Assembly (NCBI GenBank): GCA_051313645.2
Contig: JBNRSN020000008.1
Span: forward strand, 68,200,001-68,264,000
Reading direction: 5' to 3'
Length of the DNA stretch: 64,000 nucleotides
Origin: Centroscyllium fabricii
Taxonomy: Eukaryota
Below, piece after piece: positions 23,216 through 35,968 of this stretch. The position numbers and the translations under genes are program-made. Every line of letters begins with the position of its first letter. Within the stretch, counting starts at the first letter, position 1. The notes under the pieces were generated by a model. The model was given only the letters and a program-made list of their open reading frames with translations, did not search any database and was not told where the DNA came from.

Positions 23216-23871
23216 AAAGCAGCTGGGGAAATGGCCACAAAATAAGGTTTTTATGTCTTCAATGGGTTGTTTTTTTTAAATTAAAAAACATCAGTCTTTA
23301 TGTCTCACATGTCTACACTGATGGCCTGTATTTTTCTGCTAATTTGGAATTTGCTGTGGTTCATACAACTATATTACCTTATAATCTTTGAGTATGATGT
23401 GTTTCTGATGTGTATTAGGTAGCTGAGTACCATATAATAGTTTAAAACTAATCAAGTTGATTATATTATACTGAATATTTGATTTAAAAGCCACATGAGG
23501 TCAGTGAGCCTTGGTAAAGCAGCCCATAAAGCCCAGGCAAATATTGTGCATTTAAAGTCACATTCCAGTTCACAGGGAGTGAAAGCTTATTTATGGAAAT
23601 GGGAGAAATATGTGAGTAAAAACCCAAAACATAACAAAGCTATTGTAATAGATAAATTTGGTTTCCAGCAAGTTTCAGTTTCTGTATTTTAAGTGAATTA
23701 TAATATAAACCATGCAGTTGGATATCGAGGTGCAAAAGAAAGGATAAGATAAACTGTGACCTGCAGTGTACAAGATAAAGAGCAAAACAATTAATGTTCT
23801 TTTCAGCTCCCCTGCCCACCCTCCCCCTCCCCCATCTTTACCATCCTCTGCTGAAGGTTATGACAGATCTT

Positions 23872-24631
23872 GGCCCAGAAATTCCCCTCATCGCATATCG
23901 GGTTTAAGCTCTGGTGCGAGCGCACCAGAGCTTAAACCCGCAGGAAGGAGCCGGTGCGCACGTTTCAGGACTTCCTGTGCCGCCCAGCGGGGGGGGGGTG
24001 GTCAGTGCTCCCTGCGAGGTCCATCACAGGGAGCATCGCACTACAGGACTGCCCAGACATCCCGATGTTTTTTTTTGATTTTTCAGCGGACCAAGGGAAG
24101 AGAAATCAACGCTGGAAAAAAGCAGTCGTTAACACCTGTTTTCATCTGGTAAGTGTATATTTTATTGATTTTAATTGTTGTTTTTTCAGGTTTTTAATTG
24201 TTGATAGCTTTAAAGACAGGTAAGTATTTTTTTAGACCTGTTGGAAGTTTAAAAAAAATTCTGCAAATTTTTATTTTTTCTTTAAAATAGGTTATTTTTG
24301 TTAGTTGGGGTAATGTTTAAAAAATGTGATGTTTGTAAAATTTTATTTTTGTGTTTAGGTGTCTTTTGAGAATCTTTCCATTCAAAACTCGCACAGATTT
24401 CTCTGTGGAAGTTTTGAACGGAGAATTCCTTCCACTGATTGGCTCCCTGCCAATCAGCTGGTCTCAAAAGCCACTTCGCACTAATTACGCCGTTCAGATC
24501 TCGCACGGAGATCTGACAGGCAGGGCTAACGGGAATTTCTCTGTGCAAAAAATCAAAAGTGAATATGGGCAATTCAAGTGCATTAAGCAGCTCTGCACCC
24601 GCATGAACGGCTCCACTGCAATTTCTGGGCC
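23872..24631. mobile_element. Harbinger-type MITE
   Basis: TIRs ggcccagaaatt / aatttctgggcc and a 3-bp TSD CTT. Confidence 0.8.
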
Positions 24632-24702
24632 CTTGTGGTTTGGTTCCACACATGCCAGTGTTTTTGGCCCTTGGCCATTATTCATGTATGCATCCACATA
24701 TA

Positions 24703-25483
24703 GGGGGGGATTTTCATGTCCCCGTGAGGTGGGGTACTGGGCGGCTGGGAGGTGAAAATAGGAAAGTTTTGGGTCCCGCCCCAGCCCGCCGGATCCCCGC
24801 CGGTTTTGCATTTTCGGACGGCCTTTTTCCCCGCCCCGAATCTTTCCCGCCGGCGGGGATGGTTGTTAATGTCCTTAAGGGCCCTTAATTGGCATCTGTA
24901 CTGCCATTTTAAGGGCCCTTAGAAATTTTTAGCTGTTTCCCACCCATTCTCCGTCACCTTAAATCCCGCTGGGTTTCACCCAGCGGGAGCACAGCGCTGG
25001 TCATTACTTTCTCCTTCAAGGTCGTGAGGACATGCTGCATAATGCTTGGCATGCCTCTAGAACCTTAGAGGAGTAAGTCATTCCGTGGTGGGTGCACCAG
25101 CTGTGGGCAAAAACTGAGAAATCTCAGCTTTGCACATTTCCTCACAGCCAATGCCGAGCTGTCAAGGATTCGCAGCCCGCCCGCCCACCTGTCAGTCACC
25201 AGCACTTGACCTTTCCCATTGGTTCCACTCGACTGTGATGTCACAGTGGAGTGTTTCCATGGGAACTGTCAACAACCACTGCTGGAACTGTCAATCAAAC
25301 TGCTCGATCACCGCTGCAGCCCCGACTCGATTCAGTGAATTACCACCGGCTGCCGCAGGCGGAAATTTAACAACTCAATTAAATGAAAATTGCGTGGGGT
25401 TCCCAGGTCTTTGGCCAGGCAGGACAGGAACCTGCCCCGACCAATCCCCACCAGGTTCCCGCACTTCTGGCGAAATCCCCCGC
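24703..25483. mobile_element. Harbinger-type MITE
   Basis: TIRs gggggggattttc / gaaatcccccgc and a 3-bp TSD ATA. Confidence 0.7.
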
Positions 25484-25724
25484 ATAGAGTTCTCCAAGAG
25501 TTTATAACTGTGGGAAGAATCACAACCGAACCCGATCCTGCCCTCACTTGACATCCGTGAATGGATTGGAGGTAAATGGACAATAATCTGGAGTGAGATC
25601 TTGGCTGAATTGTCCCTTTAGAAGTCCAGGGACATTGAAGCTCGTTGTAGCGTTCCCACTGCTCTTTTGGTTAAGAAAAGCTGGTTTAGCATTAACCAGG
25701 GATGGAACCTGAAGCACTCTTAAT

Positions 25725-26100
25725 GGGAACAGTAGCATGGTGGTAATATTACTGGACTAGTAATCCAGAGGTCTGGACTAATAATCTGGAGACAAGAGTT
25801 CAAATGTCACCCTGGCATCTGGGGAATTTAAATTCAGTTAAATAAATCTGGAGTAAAAAGCTTGTATCAGCAATGGTGACCATGTAACTACCGGATTGTC
25901 ATAAAAACCCTTCTGGCTCACTACTGTCCTTTAGGGAAGGAAATCTGCCATCTTACTCGGTCTGGCCAATATGTGACTCCAGACCCACAGCAATGTGGTT
26001 GACTCTTAACTTCCCTCTGAAATGGCCTAACAACCATTCCAGGGCAGTTGAGGATGGATAATAAAAGCAGTTCTTGACAACGATGCCCAATTTCAAAACA
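25725..26100 (+). mobile_element. tRNA-derived SINE with the 3' tail of the 9754-family LINE
   Basis: A box tagcatggtgg, B box gagttcaaat, tail cagggcagttgaggatggataataaa...gatgccca. Confidence 0.7.
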
Positions 26101-26984
26101 AATTATTGATCTGTACGGTTCAATAACAAACCACATGGTGCATTTCCCAACTGAGCATTCAGTGGGGTCAGAATTCACCATGTTTAAGAATATTCAGTAG
26201 AGGAGGCAAATCTTCCTCATCGCAGAATTTACAGTCGAGCAAAGAGACTCATTCCTTGAGCCGAAATAAAACGTAATGAAAATACATTATTCCTCTTCCC
26301 TACCCGCAAAAGTAAAGTGATGAAGAATGTATGTCCACCTACAGCTGTGAAGAAAAACAATTTAAATTGAACTCACCATGAATGTTGTGTGCAGACACAC
26401 TGGCATTGTTCATTCTCTGTGACCCTCTGACAAAGGATTTAGTTCATCTTGGATAGATAAGTTGTTGTCTTCCCCTAGTATAAATGATGCAGCTAAATCT
26501 CATATTTAAAATCGCCACAATGTACATGTGCGGTGTTTTGTGCTTTATCGTTTAATTCTTCATGTGGAGTTTGTGAGTTTAATACAGGAGCTATTACCCA
26601 GTGTTTCAAGCTATAACCTGGGTCATCCCTCTTCGTGAAAATGCTTAGGAGGCATCATGCATGGCAAAAGTCAAACACATGTGAGGTATCTTCAGGGATT
26701 TATTTTGCTCTTTTCATTTTATAGGACTAATAACTTTTATTTAATGTACCCAAATAAAGGCAACAGCCAGGTCTGCACTATTTTGCCATCACAATTTCTG
26801 CAGAACCAGTTTTGTTCCAAGAGAAGTAGCCATATAAAGCTGTATTCACACTTAACAAACATCTAAATGGCACTTAACTTGGAAAACTGCTGAAATATTC
26901 TTTAATCCATTACTGAAGGCAGCACAGAATTCAAGCAGTTATAATGCACCTCAGGCAAGGTCACAGTCAAAGTCACAATGTGCA

Positions 26985-27110
26985 CAAGTTGGCCTCCGTG
27001 TTTGCCTACAAAACAACAGTGGCTACACTTGAGGTGTAATTGTTTGGCTGTAAAGTGCTATATTTTGAGGATGTGCAAGGTTCTATATAAATGAAAATTC
27101 TTTCTTTCCT
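26985..27110 (+). mobile_element. 3' remnant of an L2-tailed (Deu-type) SINE
   Basis: tttgcctac...aacagtggctacactt...ttggctgtaaagtgc...tatataaatg tail. Confidence 0.45.
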
Positions 27111-27312
27111 CTTTCACAATCACAAAAAGGTATTGTTGCCGACTTTGGCCTTGTTATTGTTGCTGCTGTGGGAGTACAGTAATCAGACGTAACGGATTTA
27201 CCTAGGTAAGAGAAATGATTAGCGATTGTTAGATGACTCTTTACATTGGACAAGGGAAAGAAACATTAAATAAATTAAAAACATCAGAGAAACAAAGAAT
27301 GGGTGAATAGTT

Positions 27313-28280
27313 TACATAGATACATAGATACATAGATGATAGGAGCAGGAGTAGGCCATTCGGCCCTTCGAGCCTGCTCCGCCATTCAATGAGATCATGG
27401 CTGATCCTTCAGTTCAGTATCCCGTCCCTGCCTTCTCTCCGTAACCTTTAACCCCTTTTGCCTGCAGAAATATATCTAATTCCCTCTTAAATATGTTTAA
27501 TGAGCTGGCGTCCACTGCCCTCTGTGGCAGTGAGTTCCACAGGTTCACCACTCTCTGGGTGAAGAAATTCCTCCTCATCTCTGTCCTAAATGGTTTAGCC
27601 CTTATCCTTAAACTGTGTCCCCTAGTTCTATACTCTCCTGCCATCGGAAACATTCCTTCTGCATCTAGTCTGTCCAGGCCTGTCAGAATTTTATATGTTT
27701 CTATGAGATCCCCTCTCAATCTTCTAAACTCCAGTGTGTACATCCCCAAACTACATAGTCTCTCCTCATAGGTCATTCCTGCCATTCCTGGTATCAGCCT
27801 GGTGAATCGCCGCTGCACTCCTTCCATGGCAAGAACATCCTTCCTCAGATGAGGCGACCAAAACTGCACACAGTACTCGAGGTGTGGTCTCACCAGTGCC
27901 CTGTACAGCTGTAGTAAGGTGTCCTTGTTCCTGTATTCTAACCCTTTTGATATGAAGGCCAGCATACCATTTGCCTTCCTGACCGCCTGTTGCACCTGCA
28001 TGCTCGCCTTCAATGACTGGTGCACAAGAACACCCAGGTCTCGCTGTACTTCCCCATCTCCCAATCTATTGCCATTTAAATAATAATTTGCCCTCCCGTT
28101 TTTGCCCCCAAGGTGGATAACTTCACACTTATCCACATTATAGTGCATTTGCCATGTATCTGCCCAGTCCCCCAATTTGTCCAAATCGCTCTGGAGCTTC
28201 CTGATCCCCTCCTCTGAGCCTACCCCCCCTCCTAGTTTAGTGTCGTCTGCGAATTTGGAGATGCTGCATCCGATTCCATC
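27313..28280 (-). mobile_element. 5'-truncated CR1 LINE (open frame 27414-28184)
   Basis: SKFADDTKL, LVRPHLEYCVQFWSP and an (ATCTATGT)n tail. Confidence 0.92.
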
Positions 28281-29289
28281 CGTTTAGTCAGTAGGATACA
28301 ACTCAACAAAGCAAAGGCAAGGCGGGAGAGCGTGAAAGCTAGTTGATGACGTTTAAAATGAAAACAGGACAAGCTGGCAAAATAGGGTGGAGTCTGCCTG
28401 CCCTGAGAAGCGATAAAAGCAGGCCATCAGCAAAGATGCAGATAGAGTCTACCTTCTGCTATTTCATCAACTTATCTGTTCTCTCCATAGATGCTTTTTG
28501 ATTCCAGCATTTTCTGTTTCTGTTCAGATTTCCAGTATTTGCTGTTCATGATCACTCTTTTGTCCAGTTTAATAGGAATGGTTAGTTCATTCGAATCTTT
28601 GGTCATGAGACTGGGTGACCTCCTTCAGCTTGTGTGACCGCCGCCTCATGTTATTGGAAGAGCTTCTGCTTTCAAAATTGACCTCTATCAGTTATGGTTC
28701 ACACTTATAATGGTCCAATTCTTTTCAGATTTTCTTTAAAAAAAAGCTGCAATGAAAATGTCTGCACTTTGCTTGTAACAAATACATCATTTAAAACATG
28801 AACTGGATGTTGACAGGATATTGCAGTTTAGAAGGCCTCCGTAGGAACTCTAATGGGAACCTGTTGTGGTGTCTCATGTTAACCCAGCTGGATCAGTCAT
28901 TAAAGGCTGCTGCACAAGTTGACATTTACTCACAAAAGTGATGCAGTCAGATCAAATGGGCTCTAAGATATACACTGAAAGCACTAATTGCTTTCCCTTC
29001 ACCAGCAGGTGACTGAGTTCTCCTAGTGAGTGAAAATATGAATTTGCTGATGCAGTGCTAATGTTGTAAACAGAGTGTAAACAGAGTGCAGGAATACAAG
29101 AATTCATTGTTTACCGTATTGAAAATTGAACCTGTTCATGAATTGAGACTTGTTCTTTTTCTCTTTAAGTAAGTTTTGATTGTATTTTTTGTTCAGTGAA
29201 TGGGCTTATTTTTCCCTATAATTCCCATTTTCCTCTCTTTAAGCAAAGAGTTGAATTATGTCTTTCAGTGCATCATTTTCTATATGTGT

Positions 29290-30075
29290 TCTCAGGATGT
29301 GGGTGATTCCTATTTGCCTGGAGAAGGTACTGGTTGGCTTTCTCCTTGAACCACTGTAGTCCTTGTGATGATCGTGTTCCGACAATGGTGTTAGGTAGGG
29401 AATTTCAGGATACTGACCCAGCGACAATGAAGAAACAATGATAAAGGACCAAGTCAGGAACTTGGAGGTGATGGTGTTCCCACAACATTGCTGCTTTTGT
29501 TCATCTTGGTGGTAGAGGTCAGAGAGAAGGAGATGCTGTTGAAGTCATCTTGGTAAATTGCTGCAGTGCATCCTGTAAAGTGTACATACTGCAGCCACAG
29601 TGCATCCTTGATAGAGGGAGTGGATATTGAATCTGGTGGCAGGAGTACTGATAAAGCAAACTGCTTTCTCCTGGATGGTGTCAAGTTTGTTAAGTGCTGC
29701 TTTGCCCACATTCTTCTAATCACAGTGTTGATATGGTTGGTCCAGTTAAGCTTCTGGCTAATGGTGACCCTCAAAATGTTGATGGTGGGAGACTATATGA
29801 TGCTGACGTGGTTGAAGGTTATGGGAGGTGGCTGGGCTTTCTCTTGTTTGAGATGGTCATTACCTGGGACCTATGTAGCAGGAATGTGACCTGCTTCCTG
29901 CAGGCCAAATCTGGATGCTGTCCAGGTCCTGCTATCGACTAGAATATGCTGCTTTGTTATCAGAGGAGTTATGAATGGATCGGAACAGTGTGGGATCATC
30001 AGCAACTAACCCCCACTCCTGACCTTATGATGGAGGGAAGGTCATTGGTGAAGCAGCTGAAGGTGGCTGGGCTTA
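29290..30075 (-). mobile_element. Older copy of the 9754-family LINE
   Basis: Colinear similarity to 20858-21820. Confidence 0.75.
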
Positions 30076-32000
30076 TCAAATAATGTGGAGGTGCCGGTGT
30101 TGGACTGGGGTGGACAAATGCAAGAAGTCACACAACACCAGATTTATAATCCAACGGTTTTATTTTAAATCACAAGCTTATCAAAGTAATGGATGTTACT
30201 GCTGAGGATTAAAACACTTCCATTTTAGTGCACGTTTCTGATATGTAGCATACTTAATCTGCAGGTTATTTTGATTCATGTGTAGAAAAATATTTTCTAG
30301 TTATGTATAATTTGATTTATATTTACAATGATATGTATAGTTTGGTTTGCATATATAAAAAATGTGTATTAGGGCAGCCAGAATAAAACAAAAGCTCAGC
30401 GAATGTTTCTCCATCTCATTTCAGTGACCTAGAATTGAATAGAAACAGGTAGATATGTGTACATTTAGTAGCAAAGTGGCATGCATGAAATTCAGTAACG
30501 ACTTCTGCTGAAGCAATTGTTTTAAGGTAAAATGATGAGTTAATGAGGTCCGAAAGCTTATTTGGAAACAGGCTTCTTAAATGTTGCCTCATACATCAGT
30601 AACGCAGTCAATTCTTCTTCACAACAAGTTAAATATTTCGGCAGAAGATGCTGTAAAATGATGACAAATTCATTTTTCCATTGTTAATGTCACTTACAAA
30701 AGAGGTATGCAGGGATAAATGATTCTTAAGTCATTTATTTCTTCAATGAAATAACCTATAAAACATAATGCAGTGCACGCCTAAACATCAAAGCAAAGTA
30801 ATGCATTAGGTTGTTAAACCACTGGAAAAATCCTATATATAACAATCTATACTTTCTGAAGCAAGATGACGCAGCAGCATTTAATCTTCTCTGATAGCGC
30901 ACAGGCACACTCTTAGACTTTTCACATCTGACTGACTCATTAAAGGTTGGTTAATAGTGCAGACTTCGAAACAAAAGGGTTCAAGGTCACCTTAAATCAC
31001 AGGTGTACTGCAGCTGGACTTTAGAAAACTTGTTTGGAAAGAAAACAACTTGCACAAAACGTTAATTTAGTACTATAGAATGAAATGAGAAAAAAATTGT
31101 TTGTGAAATTAGATGCTTATCTCCAACTTATTCTCAAGTGGAATGCTGTAGCTTGTAATCAATCAATTCTGGCTGGAGAGGTAACACAGTTCAGCACACT
31201 GCAGTCATGGCTGTGAGCAATTCTGGTAGCTCTCACTCAATTGGCACTTTACATTTGGTACTTCTTTAGTTTGGATCACCGGAAAGCAAAATCCATGCAC
31301 AAGCTCCCTGACCTGGAGTTTCCGCTCAGTTGCGCTGTTTTTTTTTCCCCAGCGAAATTCACCCAAAATCAGCAAAAGCAGCTGAGAAGATTGCACCATT
31401 TTAAGCGCAAATTGCGTTCAGCGCATCGGGAGTTTCCACAATCTTTTGCGCTAAGTTAACAAACATCACACTAGAAGCTGGTCCTACCCACAAAACTGGC
31501 CACACCCACCGGATCGAATTAATCACCACTGGGACTTTCCGCTAATTGCGCTCGCTTGCAAGCCTTTAAGGAGGCTCTAAAAATTAAGCTGGTTCTTTTA
31601 GGAACATTTTAAAAGCTTTTGATTATATATTTTTTTAATTTACGAAGAAACTGACCACTGAACCCCAATTGACGAGCAAATGATTCGGTATATTTACCTT
31701 ACCTAGCACAAAGGAAGATGGCTGTGGTTGTTAGAGGTCAATCAGAGCATCACTGTAGGTGTTCCTCAGGGCAGCATCCAAGGCCCAACTATCTTTCACT
31801 GCTTCATCAATGGCCTTCCCTCCATCCTAAGGTCAGACGTGGGGCTGGTTGCTGATGATTGCAGTGTTCAGCTCCATTTGCAATTCCTCATATATTGAAA
31901 CAGTCCATTTCTGCATGCAGCAAGACTTGCACAACATCATGGGCTTATCTTGGGCTGATAAGTGACAAGTAACATTTGCGCCACACCAGTGCCAGGTGAT

Positions 32001-33622
32001 AAGAACATAAGAAATAGGAGCAGGAATAGGCCACTTGGCCCCTTGAACCTGCTCCGCCATTCAGTAAGACCATGGCTGATCTTGGGCTCAAAGCCACTTC
32101 CCTACCCACTCCCCATAATGCTCCACTCCCTCATCTTGCAAACATCTGTCTATCTCCACCTTAAATCTATTTAATGACCCGGCCTCCATGGCTCTCTGGG
32201 GCAGAGAATTGCACAGATTTACGACCCTCTGAGAAGAAATTCCTCCTCATCTCAGTTCTAAAAGGACAACCCTTTATTCTAAAACTATGCCCTCGAGTTC
32301 TAGATTTCCCCATGAGGGGAAACATCCTCTGTACATCCAGCTTGTCGAGCCCCCTCAGTATCTTATATGTTTCAGTAAGATCACCTCTCATTCTTCTAAA
32401 TTTCCAATGCGTATAGGCCCAGCCTGCTCAACCTTTCTTCATAAGTCAACCCCCTCATCTCAGGAATGAACCTAGTAAATCAGCGGTCCCCAACCTTTTT
32501 TGGACCGCGGACCATTTTGAGCTAGTCAATTTTTTCACTGGGTGGGGGGAGGGGGGGTGCGGGGGGGGCGGTGCTGGCGGAGGTTTTTTCATTGACCGGG
32601 GGGGGGGGGGGGGGTGCTGGCGGAGTTGTTTTCACTAACCGGGGGGGGGGTGCTGCGGAGTTTTTTTCATTGACCAGGGGGGAGGGGGTGCTGGCGAGGG
32701 GTTTTTGATGGACCGCGGGGGGGGTGCTGGCGGGGGGGTTTTCGCGGACCGGCGGGGGGTGCTCAGGTGCGGGCGGGGAACATTCCTTCTGCGGCTGCGG
32801 CCCGGTAAAACTGTTCCACGGCCCGGTACCGGCCCGCGGACCGGCAGTTGGGGACCGCTGTAGTAAATTGTCTCTGAACTGTCTCAAAGGCAAGTATATC
32901 CTTCCTTAAATAAGGAAACCAAAACTGTACACAGTACCCAAGGTGTGGTCTCACCAATACCTTGTACAGTTGTAGCAGGACCTCCCTGCTTTTATACTCC
33001 AACCCCCTTGCAATAAAGGCCAACATTCCATTTGCCTTTTTGATTACTTGCTGTGCCTGCATGCTAACTTTTTGTGTTTCATGCACAAGGACCCCCAGGT
33101 CCCTCTGAACTGTAGCATTTTATAATCTCTCTCCATTTAAATCATAATTTGCTTTTTTATTTTTCCTGACAAAGTGTATAATCTCACACTTTCCCACATC
33201 TGCCAAATGTTTTCCCACTCACTTAGCCTGTCTATATCCCTTTGCAGATTCTTTGAGTCCTCTGCACAACTTGCTTTCCCACCCATCTTTGTATCATCCG
33301 CAAACTTGGCTACATTACACTCGATCCCTTCAGCCAAGCCATTAATGTAGATTGTAAGTAGTTGAGGCCCCACCACCGATCCTTGTGGCACCCCACTAGT
33401 TACTGTTTGCCAACTGGAAAATGACCCATTTATCCTGACTCTCTGCTTTCTGGTTAGTTAGCCAATTCTCTATCCATGCTAATATATTACCCCCAACTCC
33501 GTGAGCTCTTATCTTATACAGTAACCTTTTATGTGCCACCTTATCGATTGCCTTCTGGAAATCCAAATACATCACATCCATTGGCTCACCTTTGTCTATC
33601 CTGCTCGTTACATCCTCAAAGA
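32001..33622 (-). mobile_element. CR1 LINE fragment interrupted by a hAT MITE
   Basis: YLDFQKA, PQGSV, FADDTK and LVRPHL motifs, with a CR1 tail. Confidence 0.9.
32481..32860. mobile_element. hAT-type MITE with internal G-rich repeats
   Basis: 14-bp TIR cagcggtccccaac / gttggggaccgctg and a perfect 8-bp TSD TAGTAAAT. Confidence 0.93.
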
Positions 33623-35777
33623 CCATCTCCAACAAGAGAGCTTAGTGGTCGGCGAATGAGTCATCTCCGGTGATTGGCGGCTTTATCGGCCAATTACTGG
33701 TTAGGGTGCTGCTGGTTGATGGATGGTTCAACCAATCAACTGAACCTGGTCGTGGGCACAGGACATGTACCCGAGGGAAGATTCAGGATGTGTATCAAAT
33801 AGTCTTATTTTCACAGCAAAGAAGGTTGAAGGGAGATTTAATAGAGGTGTTTAATAGGGGGTGTTTAATAGGGTTTGATGGCTGGCATGGACACGATGGG
33901 CTGAAGGGCCTCTTTCTGTGCTGTATAACTCTGACTCTGAGAGAGCATAACCACCTTCCCTTGAATGGCTGTACCATTGCCAAATCCCCCTCCATCAACA
34001 TCCTGGGGGTTGTTACCATTGACCAGAAACTCAACTGGATCAGGCACATAAATGACATGGCTACCAGAGCAGGTCAAAGGCTGAGTATTTTGTGGCGAGT
34101 GGCTCACCCACCAAATTTGTGCATGTCGAGGTCCCTTAAACAGCAACTGTTCTATATATTTTATCTTACCTAGCACAAAAGAAGATGGTTGTGAGTGTGA
34201 GAGTGCTACCACTGAGCCAAGTCTGATGCAGAGAGATTTGTTAGAAGGTGCCAGATGTATTTTGACTGATCAGACATTGCAAATGAATAGGCCATTGTTT
34301 GGGAACTCTTCAAAGCGATTAATCATTCTCGCTTTTTAAAATACCACTCAACTACCATTGGATTAACAACTCAGCATGGGACTGGAGCAGCTAACTACTT
34401 CTAGGCAAATTTCAGCTCAAACACATTTTAAGACCGCTCATGTTTGGGTCCTATCCATGGAAAAAATGACCATAAAATCCTGAACCATGACAATGTATTT
34501 TCCTAATACTTTTACATGCAATCAAGAGCTGATTTCATATCCTCAAGACAGAATGAAACATTGGTCTAAAAGGAGTGAGTTCGGTTTTTAAATTTTGTCT
34601 CCATACTGATGACTCTTTCTCCATTAAGACAAGTTTCAAATAGCCAAATGTATTTGCTTTCAGACTAATGCAGCAAAAGCTTCCATAAAATGAATACAAG
34701 ATGTTATTGCTAAATGACTGATAATTATTTTGAACATTATGAGGTAACTTATACGACTTAGTGGTTCTAGCATCGAGCCTCATTTGACCGGAGGGCAGAT
34801 CAGACGATTGAGCCCAATTCGCAGCTCTACTGATTTTCTGGTAAATAAAATGAATAATTGAGAAGGCCATGAATGGGCGTACTGAACTCCATGCCTAATA
34901 GTGTGATCTACCCTTATCGACCAAGGTTCCATGCCGGGAGCATTAACTCGTGAAATGTGCCTCTATAATTTTTAAAGCTGAATTCAGTTTTCTCACTAAT
35001 TTAGAACAATACAATTGCTCACAGAGCAGAACATCTCCCTCCGCTGCATTGTCTCTTCGGTGGCATCTTGGGCTATTTTTGTCTCGTGTTCTCGTCAGTA
35101 TCTTTTTTGTCATTGAATGCTTCTGGGCAAACATTGCAGTTTGATGATATGAGTCAGCCTTGGTGCTTCTTGCTCATACCTTGAAGCATCTTTAATTCTC
35201 TATCAACACCTCCTTATTGGTAGTATCCAGCAAATCTTATTTAGAAGACCACCCCAGGTATACCTGCTTTTGATTTTGCTACAAATAGCAAATGGTGTTT
35301 CATATAATGACACGGGGACCATTTTTTAATGAATAATAATAGGCTCATTATGGTCAGTATGATAAAACATTATTGTGCGTATCTACTTTTGTTTGCCAGG
35401 AAAGAAAAGCTTAAAGTGGTATTTGATGTGGTCATTCCTTTTTTAGATTGTATTGTAGAGTTTGAAAGCTACCTTTGGAGAACTATTTTAGAAAATGGTA
35501 TTAAGGTGCCAGATCAATCCTGACTCTTATACTTTATGTGTCTGCCCTTAATGCACCATTGGTTGCCCCAAGAATCGTTTGCTGCAAAGGAATGTTTGGC
35601 TTCTATTTCAGTTATGTACTGTCTCCATAGTAGTTGAAGTTATGTTAACCTTAAATGTTGTTTGTCGTCCCCAGTTCCCTTTGTCCTATGTTGTTTCCAA
35701 TACCTTTTTAAATTTTCAGCCATTCAAAAAAATCAAACTTTTTTGCAGTAGTAATATCCAGCAGTATATATTACATT

Positions 35778-35950
35778 AGACACAAAAACAGTAAATACTG
35801 AAAGCTCTGTGGAGAGAACAGACAAGTCAACATTTCAAGTATAGACCCTCTGTCCAATGAAATTAACTTATCTGTTCTCTTTGCAGTTCCTGACAGACCC
35901 GCTGAGTGTTTTCTCTTTTGTGTTTTAGATTTCCAGTCTCTCCAGGTTTT
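35778..35950. mobile_element. Inverted pair of Penelope pseudo-LTR remnants
   Basis: gagagaacagacaagtcaa / ttaacttatctgttctct inverted arms. Similar to 14420-14510 and 28460-28545. Confidence 0.45.
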
Positions 35951-35968
35951 TCCCTTTTTTAAATAATT

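Larger units (their letters stand above)
31690..34200 (+). mobile_element. Plus-strand pieces of the 9754-family LINE (about 31690-32000 and 33945-34200) flanking nested CR1s
   Basis: VPQGS...GP and ADDC remnants on the left; PLNG.TIAKSPSINILGV resumes on the right. Confidence 0.7.

Noticed and set aside
26392-26480. Minus-strand exon ending in a GTGAGT donor
   Set aside because: Stops in all three frames and a weak acceptor.
30530-30560. Hammerhead-like atgatgag...cgaaa
   Set aside because: It lacks the core C and has no pairing stems.
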